From: Diadema antillarum
Taxonomy: Eukaryota
Direction of reading: 5' to 3'
NCBI RefSeq assembly: GCF_040938485.1
Contig: NW_027270902.1
Location: 682,001 to 746,000 of the forward strand
DNA length: 64,000 bases
In this document: piece after piece, positions 23,601 through 36,700 of the stretch
Layout of the letters: each line of letters starts with the position of its first letter
Position numbering within the stretch: position 1 is the first letter of the stretch
Notes under the pieces: generated by a model
What the model saw: the letters and a program-made list of their open reading frames with translations, nothing else
Told to the model about the DNA's origin: nothing
Database searches by the model: none
Program-made: the position numbers and the translations under genes

Positions 23601-26600
23601 CCTCAAATTACAACGCTGCATAGATGTGCCTATTTCAGTTTGTGTATCAACACAAAGAATCAGTTTCCAAAAGTTTTTGCTATTTTTGATTGTTCTATTT
23701 GCAGCAAACCATGGGGAGGATTACATCATGTATTCCACAGAGAAACAAGACTTGCTCTGTATCAAGTGTTTCAGAGACTTTGAAAAGTGAGTGTCTAGAA
23801 GCTTCCATATGATTACTGTACACGCCATATATTTAGCGAGTCTAATTTTTTGCGAATTGGGATTTCCCAACAATTTTGCGAGTGGTTAAATTTGTGATTG
23901 TGGGGTACAGAACTGAACGGAGAAATGTATACATGTACTTGTACGCACGTCACATTCATGTTGGGATCATAGTTGATATATGTGACCCTGCACCTCAAAA
24001 CAAACAAAAACTCGCCAGACATGAATTTTAAGTTAAGACCATATTTTGAAAGAGCAGACTTTAAGCTTTAAAATGATGTATAACTCAAATCAAGTGGACT
24101 CTCCTAACCTATCTAAATATTGGAAAGAAAGCACAAACTCAGGAAAAGTGTGAACTGAGAAAAGAGGCTCTGAAGTACAGTGTCTATTCAAGTGCTTAAT
24201 CTTTACCAAACTGTGCTGGCTGTGCGATGAATGGGACAAAAAACAGGAAGTAAACCACCAGAGTAACAACAATGAAGAGATTATCAGATTAAATTGAAAT
24301 TAAGCGTGCGTCATTAACACATTCTGTCCATAATTAATGCCAACTTTCAAAGCAGTAGCATTATCGCTTCAAAAGTTATTAGACTTGAAAGTGAAGAGTG
24401 TGGACAAGGTTTTTCAGAAATGAAAAAGGGATTCTAAAGACACACCTAATCACACTATTCTACCAAAAATGTTCGAGATAAACTGCTAAAAAAACACACT
24501 TTCCTGCCCGTTTTATGATACCAAATTTTAGCATAATGTAAAAGAAGACCCGCTCTTTCAGAAAATATGAAAAAGTCAAGTTCGGCTAGGTTGACCAATT
24601 TCAGTTATTTTCAGTCCTCATGCAAAATCAATGTGTGCGACTTTATGTTCGTTTTGAGGTGCACAGTCACATATTTGCATGTTTCTGAATTTGTGAATAG
24701 CACAAGATTCGTGAAATTCACGAAAATAAAAACTTTGCGAAATATTCGGCATAATTACAGTATTAGATTTGTGAATTCATGTATGTATAGCACTGCTAAT
24801 GTGTCAACAGTAATACAAGATGAATATGGATTTTTTTTTTTTTCCAGACTGAAGTATCTCTTAGTCCTGAGTGACAAGGTATCATGTATTAGATAAAGAC
24901 AAACATTTAAGCAAGTCCCTTATAAAATGTACAATTAATCGAAATGGCAAAGTTCTGTCAATTAATTTTATTCATCATTTGCTTTCAAGAATTTAATCAG
25001 TAACTCTTTTGTTGCTATTCAGCCTGTACCTATAATGATGAAATTTGCCAGACAATTGTAAACATCATATTGACAGACATAGCAGTCTCTATGAATTATG
25101 ATAATTCTTGAATTTATACTGTCTCTACACACCTGGCTAGTAATTCCCAATAAATACTGGTCTTTTGAAGTTTATGCTAATTTCATGTTTGATACAATTC
25201 TGTCGATATCTTTCATTGCCCTCAGATATTCATCATATTCACTGTGAAATTGCACTCAACCAAGTGTGAAAAATTACCCTTGCAATGATTTTCGTTTTCA
25301 CAGTTACCGGTACCCTGATACATAAATTTGTGAAAACAGGCATCTTATTTCAAGGTGATAGCAATCAAATTGCTAAATCAGGTTTTTCACGATATTAGGG
25401 TACAAAAACTAAGAAATATAATGAGCTGGAACCTGGAAAATCACCTTGTTAGAAGAGGGTTTTGTTATACAGTAGGACCTTGATTATCCATCCATGTCGC
25501 ATAAGAGAGATATGCTCAAATACTGCACTTTGGAGCATATCATGCTAAGGGTATACACCTGTTATTTTACTGATTCACTAATATGATGATTATCTGCATG
25601 GCATTGTCATGTTTCATACTTCATAAGTTGATACTGACGTTGAGATCAATATTGCCACTCGTCCAATATTGCCGCTGTACTGTACTGTAACTGCTGCTGT
25701 GCACTTTGTGCTAGTGCCAGTCATTGACATTGTCTCACAAACTGACTTATTAAAGTTACAGTCCACTCCGATGATTGGAATATGTCCTGTCGTGTATTTG
25801 CAAGACAATGGTTGAACGTATGCTTGTTTTGAGTGAGAATTGGTACTGAAAATACATTGAAATATTTCTTTAAAATGTCAGCCAGTCGACGCCTGGATAA
25901 CACAGAATCTGGATAATTGATGGCCGGATAATTGAGGTCCTACTGTATATACCCAACCTCTTTATAACAGGGTTCTACTTTATCACTTTTCAGGGAGGAC
26001 AGGGCATTCTGTCTGGACCTGGAATCGGCCTACAATCAGAGCTGCAGGCACCTAGAGGACCGCATCGGGACCATCCGGGACCTGCAGAGTTCGGTCCACG
26101 ACGCCATCATCCTGTTCCAGGCGCTGATGCAGGAGGTACGCTCCAACGCGGAGAAGGAGCGGGGGGCCATCCAGGAGCTCTGTGCCGACATGCAGGAGCG
26201 GATCAGCCTGAAGAAGGAGGAACTCCTGAAGGATGTAGACAGGTGAGTGCCAGAGTATGCTGGCAGCTTGAGAAATTAGTTTCTTTTTCAGATTTCATTG
26301 TATTTTGCGTTTATATGTCTTTTTAATTTGTGATTAAATCATATTGTTTAAGACTGATGATATTTTGCAATGTAATTTAATCAGATTCTAATATTATGTA
26401 TGTCTATAATGAAGCAATAAGGTAGTATACTATGTATCTTGTGTTTTAATCGACTTTTAAAGATGATCATAAAGACAGGCGAGTGCCAGAGGGTGCCAGG
26501 AGCTTGAGGAAGTAGTTTCTTTTTAGATTTCATTATGTTTAACAATTAGATATGTTTTAAACTTGTCATTAACTTATTATATTATTTAAGACTGTAATGA

Positions 26601-29600
26601 TATTTTGCTATGTAATTTAACCAGATTCTTATATTATGTATATCTGCAAAGAAGCAATCAAGTAGTATGTTTTATATTTTGTGTTTTAATCAACTTTTTA
26701 TAAAGCATCATGTCATTTTGCAGTGTACAATTATCGCAATTTATTAGTCAGTCAGCTGCAACAATAATTGAATAGACCATGAATTGAACTGAATTGAATT
26801 GAACTGAATTGAATTGAATTGAATTGAATTGAAGTGAAGTGAAGAACTAGAAAAACACTTGATACGAGAGCACAGACCGCTGCCAAGCAGCTTATATCTA
26901 CCCATATACACATATGCTGAAAATGACCATATTTCCCAATGATAAAGAATGCTGTCTAATGTCTGTACCGTAGCTTCCTGCTATGCCTTGAAAAATTCAC
27001 AAGCTGTGAATGATTCAGATTCCTTCTTACCTGCTGTGATGTGTTTGTTGCAGCCAACACGCCCAGAAGGAACAGGTCTTCAAGGATCAGCTTCCCAACC
27101 TGGCAGCACTCCTCCCCACACTTCAGACCTATCTCTCCGTCAGCACCATGTTTGTCAACAACGCCAACATGTATGAGTTCCTGGACCTCAACTCAGTAAG
27201 TCCAAGTCCCTACAAATGTATGACCATTGTAGTACTGTAAAAGCGGATATTTTCGCGACTAAGTTTTCACGCTTGACTAGGTAAGAAAAGTTTCGTGTGT
27301 TTTTGATTCCGCGGAATCCAGACATCAACTACTGGAACATACGGCAAGCAAAATTATTTGCGTGCTTTTATTTGGACACTAGTTTTGGGTTGCACGAAAT
27401 GCATGAAAATTTCAACACCACGAAAATTTCTACTGTTACAGTATTAAAGACCCAGTAATACGAGGATTCGTGGGTTGCCCGATTCATTCCCTGCCCACTG
27501 GAATACATTCGAAAACCAGGAATAGCACCGGTCAGCTAATAATGTCCATTGAAGCGTACACTCATCGGTAATGGTCAACTCCAGTTGAGCTTCTTTGGCT
27601 GTGTGCACTAATGTAGAGATCGGTGAAAAAGCTGTACATAATTTGTTACAGGAATACTAGTTTATAATCTGAGCCAGGCCAGCCTTCCCGTCCCATGGTA
27701 TCCCCTTGCTAATGGCTCTCTAAATGCAATTTGATTTTTGTTTTGTTTATTTCAGAATGTAGTGTAGAACAGCGATGAAGATTATGAGGCCATAGTCACA
27801 TGCTAGAATGTTCCTTAAAAGGTAGCATCTTAATTGATACATGTTGAAATTCAGTCAAAACCAAACTTGGTGCGTGGATGTGCCATGAAAGGCCAGTTGT
27901 GTTTCATGATTTTGCAGTGAATGTGATTAACATCAAAGGTTAATGAAATACTGTATATTGACAGAATTTTATCACAGAATCACAAAATCAGCATAAACCG
28001 TTAAAGACCAGTACGTTTTTGTAATCATATGCTAGGTGTATGAGAAGTAAGACTTCAAGGATTATTATAAATCATGAGGATTGCTATGCTATTATGATTT
28101 TTCAATTATTTGGCAAACATTATCATAATAGGTACAGGATGAAAAGCAACAAAGGAGCTATTGATGAGATTCTTGAAAGCAAATGACGATAAGTCAAGTC
28201 AAGTCAGTTGACAGAACTTTTCCATTTGTATGTAATTCCAACTCTTTTAGGAGCAATACCTGATGTATCATAATTCAGTACTAAGAGCTCCTTTCCCGGC
28301 CAAGAAAAAGGTCAAATTTCCATGTTATCTGTTGTTATGATGTGTCTGGAGTGTTATTAGGTCATTGCCGCAATGTTCCGTCCCTAGTCACAAGTTAATT
28401 TCGAAAGGAAGATGCATTTATAGCTGCACCACAAGCTAACCTACCAAACTAAGGAAGAGATTCATATGCTATGTGATGGGCTTCATGTGTACAAAAGAGT
28501 CTAAATTGGCAAATCACAGTATGCAAATTAAAGACAACTGAAAGCATTGATGTACATGACATTGTGGTGTATTGATATACTGTAAAAGTGGAAATTTTTG
28601 TGCAACAACCAGCAATACAAGAAATTTTGTGCATTTTATATATTTAATACTACTTCATACTTTGATTCCATGGAATTAATTACAAGTGAATTTTATATTA
28701 CCAGGCCAAATTACTTGCATGAAAATGTGCAATTTTACAGTAGTGGTAGGTGTAAAAATTGCCAGTCTGCTATTTGTGAGTTTCCACAAATGAAGCATGT
28801 TGAGATTCTATGATGAGTGACTATATGATGCATGTTAAAGGGAACGGACAGTTTTGGTTGAGGCCTAACTTCAAGTTTCTAACATTCTTTAATAGGTGAG
28901 ATAACAAGAAACCTACGATGAAATGTGAAGGTGCATATGTGACCGTGCACCTCAAAACGAACATAAAGTCGCACACACTGATTTTGCGTGAGGACTGAAA
29001 ATAAGTGGAATGGGTCAGCCTAGCCGAACTTGACTCTTTCATATTTTCTGAAAGAGCGGGTCTTCTTGTACATTATGCTAAAATTTGGTATCATAAAACG
29101 GGCAGGAAAGTGTGCTTTTTTAAGCAGTTTATCTTGAACATTTTTGGTAGAATAGTGTGATTAGGTGTGTCTTTAGAATCCCTTTTTCATTTCTGAAAAA
29201 CCTTGTCCACACTCTTCACTTTCAACTCTAATAACTTTTGAAAGGATAGTGCTACTGCTTTGAAAGTTGGCATTAATTATGGACAGAATGTGTTAATGAG
29301 GCATGCTTAATTTCAGTTTAATCTTATAATCCCTTCATTGTTGTTACTATGGTGGTTTACTTCCTGTTTTTTGTCCCATTCATCGCACAGCCAGCACAGT
29401 TTGGTAAAGATTAAGCGCTTGAATAGACACTGTACTTCAGAGCCTCTTTTCTCAGTTCACACTTTTCCTGAGTTTGTGCTTTCTTTCCTATATTTAGATA
29501 GGTTAGGAGAGTCCATTTGAATTGAGTTTTTTATTTAAAGCTTAAAGTCTGCTCTTTCAGAATGTGGTCTTAACTAAAAATTCATGTCTGGCGACTTTTT

Positions 29601-32600
29601 GTTTGTTTTGAGGTGCAGGGTCACATATAATTTCAAGAGGAATTCAACGTTTATTTGATAAAAATTGGTTTTGAAATGGCTGAGATATCCAAAACACAAC
29701 GATCCTCATAAAAGGTGAGACCCAACTTTTATTATGATCACTTTGTTTTACTTTCTTTTTGGATGTCTCAGCCATTCCAAAACCGATTTTCACCAAATAA
29801 ACTTTGAATTCCTTTTAGAATGGTATGCCCAATACTATTTCAGAAGTGTTTCCTTGGTATCTCGCAAAAAGTTAAAAGCCCAATCCTCATCTCCACCAAT
29901 GCTATACCACCCCTTTAACTCCCTCTTAGTCCTTAATGGAAAGACTGGAGGCCATCGCCCACCAGCCCCACCAGCTGCGGCCTGCCGAGAGCAGCGAGAT
30001 CAGCACCCACTACGAGGCCAAGTTTGCCAAGTGTCTCAAGCCGCTGCTCCACGTCCACCTCGACGACTGCTCTGACTGTGGCAGCAGCTCTCCCATCATC
30101 CACGTTTCCATGCCGACGGCAGGGGCAGCGGCGACGCCCCAACAGTCCACGCCGAGGTGAGTTATCCATGAGCTCATTTCACAGGTTTCTCGGTATAATT
30201 TGAAAGTTAATGATGCAGATTTGCAGCAAATGAATGCCACACCATGTTTGATGTTGACAATTCAACAATCTGGCTTATCTCAAACTGTATATTGAAAGAG
30301 GTGTGGGAGACGTTTGCATATGTTTGCGTGGCATATGAGATATCTTCTTTTTCTTCTCTTACCTACCAAACATCGCGGTTGCTTCATCAGGCTTCGAGAA
30401 GCCACGCTGCCCCAGTTCTCCAATGCCTACATCTCCAGCACCCTGGCACGCCACCTGTCTCTGTCCAGTGGGTCAGGGATACGGCGCGGGAGCAAGATTG
30501 CCACCACGATCCGACACCGCATGCAGGAGGGCAACGGCCCATTCGTGGAGCACTGCAAGGCCTTTGAGGCCAACTTCAGGGTAACTATCACATCTCGCCT
30601 CACCATTCTCTTAAAGCTGATAATGGATTTCATAGCAGCAAGTGCGCCTCCTTTCATCGCAAATATGATAAGGTGTAGAATTTGTCAATGATTCTCAGGT
30701 CATAAACTAGTGAAGTGGCCAGAAATTTGTTTTGAATTATAATCATTACTAGTTTTCTAATTATTTTAATTCCTCTTTTTCTTCTCCATCTTATTATTAT
30801 TATCATCATCATCATTATCATTATTATGGCTATGATTATGTTTGTGATTACTATCAGTAATATGTCATCAACACCATCCTCATCATTTTCATCATCATTG
30901 TTTTTAATATCATATAAGTATTTTGCTGACAAAGATAATTATTAGAGCATAATCTCTGGTCCATAGATATGTGATTACAAAGCAGATTAGAGTCAAGCTC
31001 AGTTGGAACAAGTATTACTGTATACGCTAAATATTTCACGAGGTTTTTATTTTTGCGAATTTCGCGAGTCGGGTGCCATTCACAAAATTAAAGACACGCG
31101 AAAATGATGACTCTGATCACGATATGAATATGACGCACACGTATACATTTTCCATTCAGTACAGTACTCCACAATCACGAATTTTACCACTAGCAAAATT
31201 GTCAGGGAGTCCCGATTTGTGAAAATTTAGACTTGCCAAATATATGGCGTATACAGTAAGTGTTCCATGATGTGCTCTTCTGTGAAACACTCGCTAGAAT
31301 AGATGATCATCCTGACCTTCATCTCTCTGTCCTCTTTAATAGCTGCTCCAGCATCGCATCCACAAGATGAAGGAACAGGTGCAGGAGATCCACCGCGACA
31401 TCACAAGGAGGAAGTGTCTGGCCAGGAGAGAGAAGGTAACAAATTATGTGCACCATCTTCTCTTCAAATCAGTGTACTCGTTTACCAGTGTTTTCTTACC
31501 TTTGCCAGGACAGCAAAGTCCATAGTCCGATGGCTTTCCACTCTTTCAAATCACAATATTATAAAAACAAGTCTTTCCACCATGGTGGCATTTTAGACGT
31601 TGGTTCTAGGCTGTAGCATTATGATGCAGTGTCTCGTTCATCAGTCTATTTGCAAAATCTCAAGGTAATTGTTGCATGCCCACCATCAGTATGCCAATTT
31701 CGTGATAACTATGCATGAACTGACTGCAAATGTGAGCAATCCATACTCACTTTTGACTGATCAACAGTTGAAAGACTATACACACTTTTTGCTCTAAAAA
31801 AGAAGAAGAAACAAATGGGGGAAAACTATAAAAACTACTTTGAACAAAAAAAAAAATTATTGCAGTCCAAGGGTTCTGCCCCTTCCTCCCCCCCCCCCCC
31901 CACACACACAAAATGTTCTGTGCTGTGGTCCCTGAGAGGTTCTAGTTCAATGATGACAAGATGGTAAATTCTGCAGCAAAATCCCCCTTGACTTAAAGAG
32001 TTGTGGAATATTTACAAAATATACTGATATTCACATGGGCTGCAGTGCTGTTTTACTTTAATTTCAGCTTAATTTTTCACTAATGCTTTCAAACCATGGG
32101 CAAAGTGCAGATTTGTTGTCTACAATGATCGATGACTGCACCGCATGACAGTCTGTTTGTAATTGATGGTAGCCAGCAAAGAGAAGTCATTTTTGATTTG
32201 TCATATCTGCTAGGTGACGGACATACTGGATGAATGCAGTCAGGTGGAGATCCAGATCAGCACACACACAGCTACCTTGGAGCACATGAAGATGATCTTT
32301 GAGAAGGTAGGATGTATGGGAATGTTGGGCAGTGTGGTGTGTGGATAATGCATGTACGAATGTATTGTTGGCTGAGCTGAGCGCAGTGTGACACAAAGTT
32401 AATTTTTGATACAGTTTCTCACTTTATCGATGAAAGTAAAATGACTTGGTCTGCTCAAAGAATTACCAGATAGTCTGTCTCAGATTTGTTTGCAGTTTAT
32501 GTAATAAAAAGGAAGAAAAAAAGGTTATGTGAAGGGCTTAATTGATGCACTGCTGTGGAAGAGTGTTCCTTCATACCATGCTGTGATTATAACTACTCTA

Positions 32601-33710
32601 TTTAGATTGCTGTACTATAGTGTTAGCCATCTGGTTTAAGAAAAAAAAAATGTCTTTTGCCCCATGCTGCCTTGTGCATGCTCTGTACCTTGTACTGTCT
32701 TCTGTCTAAGTCTTACTTTGTGAATGTGTATTGTGTTGTGTCCATTATTATGAATTAAAAATATTTCTTGGGGATTAACCTTTAAAGGCCGGTCGTGGCC
32801 GATGTTAATTCCTCCACTTTCTAAATGTTGTTTTACTTATACTTATAGCCTCTGTTTTGTACATTTTCATATGCCTGTATGCTTTGATATATGTAATTGT
32901 GTTGTGAATTAGATCGGTGTAAATGAATTGAACTGAATTGAATTGAATTGTTCGTGCCCTGGTCCCAGATATGGCAGGAGATGTTGGACAGAGTGTCCAA
33001 CGAACAGGACATCTACCAGACCCAGCTGAAAGACATGAACTACCTGAAGCAGGAGAACAGCCACCTAGCAACCATCGCTAGGCAGATCGCCCCCTACATC
33101 TCATCCATCGAGGCGGTGGCCGAGCAGATCGATCCCAGGTCAGTTTCCACACCCACACTGTAGTCTGTAACATCACCTTCCTCATCATTGCACTCATCTC
33201 ATGAAAAATAGACCATATGTGACCCTCCTGCTCTATATCCACAAACAGTCATAGAGTAGAATTCTCTGTAATGAACCAAAATATTTCATTTGGGTCGACT
33301 GACTGAAAATTTGTAAGTTTGTCTTACCTGGGAGAATAAACTTTTTTATACCTACTGTCAAAATTTGATGGCTTAAAACAAAACCAAAATTGAGATATTG
33401 AACTGTGTAGAAAGTGGAAATTCATTTTGGCTTGCTCTTGGTGGGTTTCAGGTTGGCAGTCACATATGCTTAAAAGACGGAACAGAATTCCACATTTTGA
33501 AGAGGGAGTTGATAAAGGAGATGGTGGGAGCTGGGGAGATACGCTCTGTCGCGGGCTAACTGTGAGAGAGATTAATGCTTCAAATGAGAGAAAAAGCATT
33601 GGAGATGCAGCAAGGAGAAAGAGAGAGAGAGAGAGAGTGAGTCAGAAAAGGAGATAATGACAATAAGACATAGAGGGAGAAAGAGAGAGCAGCAGTAGGA
33701 GATGGAACAT

Positions 33711-33749
<39 letters not shown>

Positions 33750-36700
33750 ATGACAGATGAGGAGGGAGAAAAGAGAGAGATAATTTGTTTTAAATTCATA
33801 TTCATAAAAAATCCTCAATACCTCATCAATTCAATACCATTTTGATAAACTTACCTTATTGATAGGAAGCCTCAAGATCTTAACTTTAACTTGCATGTAT
33901 GTGTTACAATGTATATAATAGAGTGCTGTGTTACTGTTGTCACTCCCACGCATTAATCATGTTCTCATTTCATAAAGACGTTAGGATAGCGATTCTTTTT
34001 AGAAAAGAAGTGGTAGCAACATCTAGTCAAGGAATGGGATCCTTGTCAGTACCATGACACTTGCCATTGCAACAAAAGATGTAATATCTACTGTCTGTGA
34101 AATAGTATCCAAGTAGACCTCATACATGACATTAACTAAATTGTAGAAAAATCATACAGATCGTTAGAATTGTTGTCATTGATACCTTTATTGTTCCAGA
34201 CTATTGTACAATCAGGCTGGCCATACAGGCATAGCTGTTTGCAGTGACTGCTACATAGCAGTGAATGTGTTATTATATCTCTTTAGCAGTAACAGTTTAC
34301 ATATTAAAGGTCCTGTTTACCTTTGGAAGCAGTGATTTAAAAAAAATTCAAGATACCACACTTGATGCATATGTGTAGGTCTGTTATATCACAAAACATC
34401 CTACCATATAAAATTTTTGCAATGAAGCCTACAATATGTGGAGATATCAATATTTTTCTCATTAAACCATAACTGTAGATGGTTTAGTCTGGAAACATTT
34501 TTATTATAACTATTGTTCACATTTTGTGTATTTAACAATACTTAATAACATCAATTATAAAGATTCATATTTTTACAGTGGTTGTTTCTATTCCTAACTC
34601 ACATTTTAGAACTATTTTAAAGCACTAATGCTGGGTTTTTGTTTCATCTGCAAATGGTAAATAATGCCTTTAAAACCCTCAGCTACTATTTACATGAGAA
34701 TCAGAAGAATATTGCCACTGTATATAGTTTGTGGACTATGAGACCATCTGGCTCTCTTGTGAAGCAATATTTCTACTCTATAGAATCTGAGCTACTTCTT
34801 TTTACTCTAATATTGTGTATACATTATGCTATGAAACCTTTTCAGTTCAAGATAATTGTTGTATGCTTTAACAAAAAACAACAACAACAAAACAAATCAT
34901 ATCATAATCATATTAAGAGTGGCTGCATGTATCATAGTAAAATTTTCTCATAGGCAGAAGTGTCTTAGAGAAAGCCATTTCAGAAAGGAAAATAGCATGG
35001 TGATAAAGATAATGTATGAGATTTAGAACTCTTGCAATGAGAATAGTGACAAACCAGCATGCCAGCAGACAGGCATCAACCTGTAGTCTGTGGACACTAT
35101 ACACATTGTATTTGATATAAGTATATGTCTGTAGCAGGACAGATTGGGTGGTCGGTGGATGGAAGGTCTTTGATGCATGATTTCTTTTCTGGGGAAATAT
35201 TAGTAGCAGCATAGAACAGATGCCTGGTCCCTATGGACAAATGTCCGCTATAGACAGGTGACCACTTGCTGAGACAGGTTTGACTGTATGTTGTAGAAGT
35301 CTGAAGGTTGTGACTGGTGATATTTTTCTTTATCTCTTTGCCAAGGAGAGTGATTGAAACAGAGGACTTCAGCATGGACACAACCAGATGACAGAGGGTG
35401 CCCTAACCTCACCCTACATATCCCAGCATGCCTTGTGTGTACTCCCTCGTGACAGGGGACATTTCGCACCCATTCCACTTAAATTCGCCGTACTGTGCCT
35501 GTGTGTGACTGTAGTGTGAGGACAGATGCTTTTGATGTGGCTAACACTCCCAAGTTGCGGCCCAGCTCTAACATTCCATGAATGACATTCCACTACCTAC
35601 AAGGCTTGTCCCATAAGCATGGTACGTGTGAATCTCTCCTCAGGACTTTGCAAAGTTTAGTAATAACGCACCCTTCTCCCCCACTTCCTTCATGTTGTCC
35701 TAGTTGGTTCCTCTCTTTGGAAAATGCTTTTAAAAAGTCATTGTTGAGATAAAGTTGCCTACGACACAAATTTGCAACAAGAATTGCTGAAATATACCAC
35801 CAGGTAAAACATGTCATTAGTGATGTAGGTTTCTCATGATTTGCTGTCGTACAGATGAAAAATATTGTTATTCCTTTTTTCCTTTTTTCATAGTTATAGC
35901 TAGTACAAAATGTACATGTTGTCCCTCCCTCCCCCCCCCCCCCCCCATGGTGTCCCTAAAATTTTCATCAGTCAAATGAAAAGACTCCTGTCTTGGAATG
36001 ATCTATGACAAAGCTATTCTGTTTTTTAGTCTCTATGGTCAGCAGTTTTTGATGTCACTGTCATGTGTGTGGATTTTCTTTCTCGAAGTATAATTGTTCT
36101 CTTTCTATGTTTCAATCATGATCATAAGCTTTTTTTCAATGGTGTTAGCTTTCTTGAATGGTGGATTAGCTACTTTATTTTGTTCTGTGCGCAAAGTGTG
36201 ATTCATCTTTTTCGTTTGTCATTTAAGGTCTAAACCAGAGAGTTCGTCCACCGATGAAGATGAGAGAAAGATACTAAGTGTAGAGGATGCTAAGATAATG
36301 GAAGACAACCTAAAACAAGTGACTCAACTGGTGCTTAGCTCCACGCTGGATCATAATAGTAAGTGTAGTCGGGCAGTGCCGGATGTTGCGGGTAACCGTA
36401 GCAACCAATCATGTAACGAGAAGGCCGGAGACGAGAGCAAGGGGCGCAGTTATCCGTCGCAGAATCAGGACGAGCAGCAGGACTTGGAGAGACTCCGTGC
36501 CAAACAGATTGTGATGGATGCGATTCTGCTGGAACAAACCAAGATAAACCATTGTGAGGAGGACGGGGTGGCTGGTGCAAAGATTGGACTGGATGTTGCC
36601 CAGCAGTGTAGTCATGGCAACAACTCCAGTGCAGAGAAAGGCCCGAAGTGCTCCGGTGCTGGACAGAGCGAGGTCAGAACTCATTGCGATGAGAGTAAGA

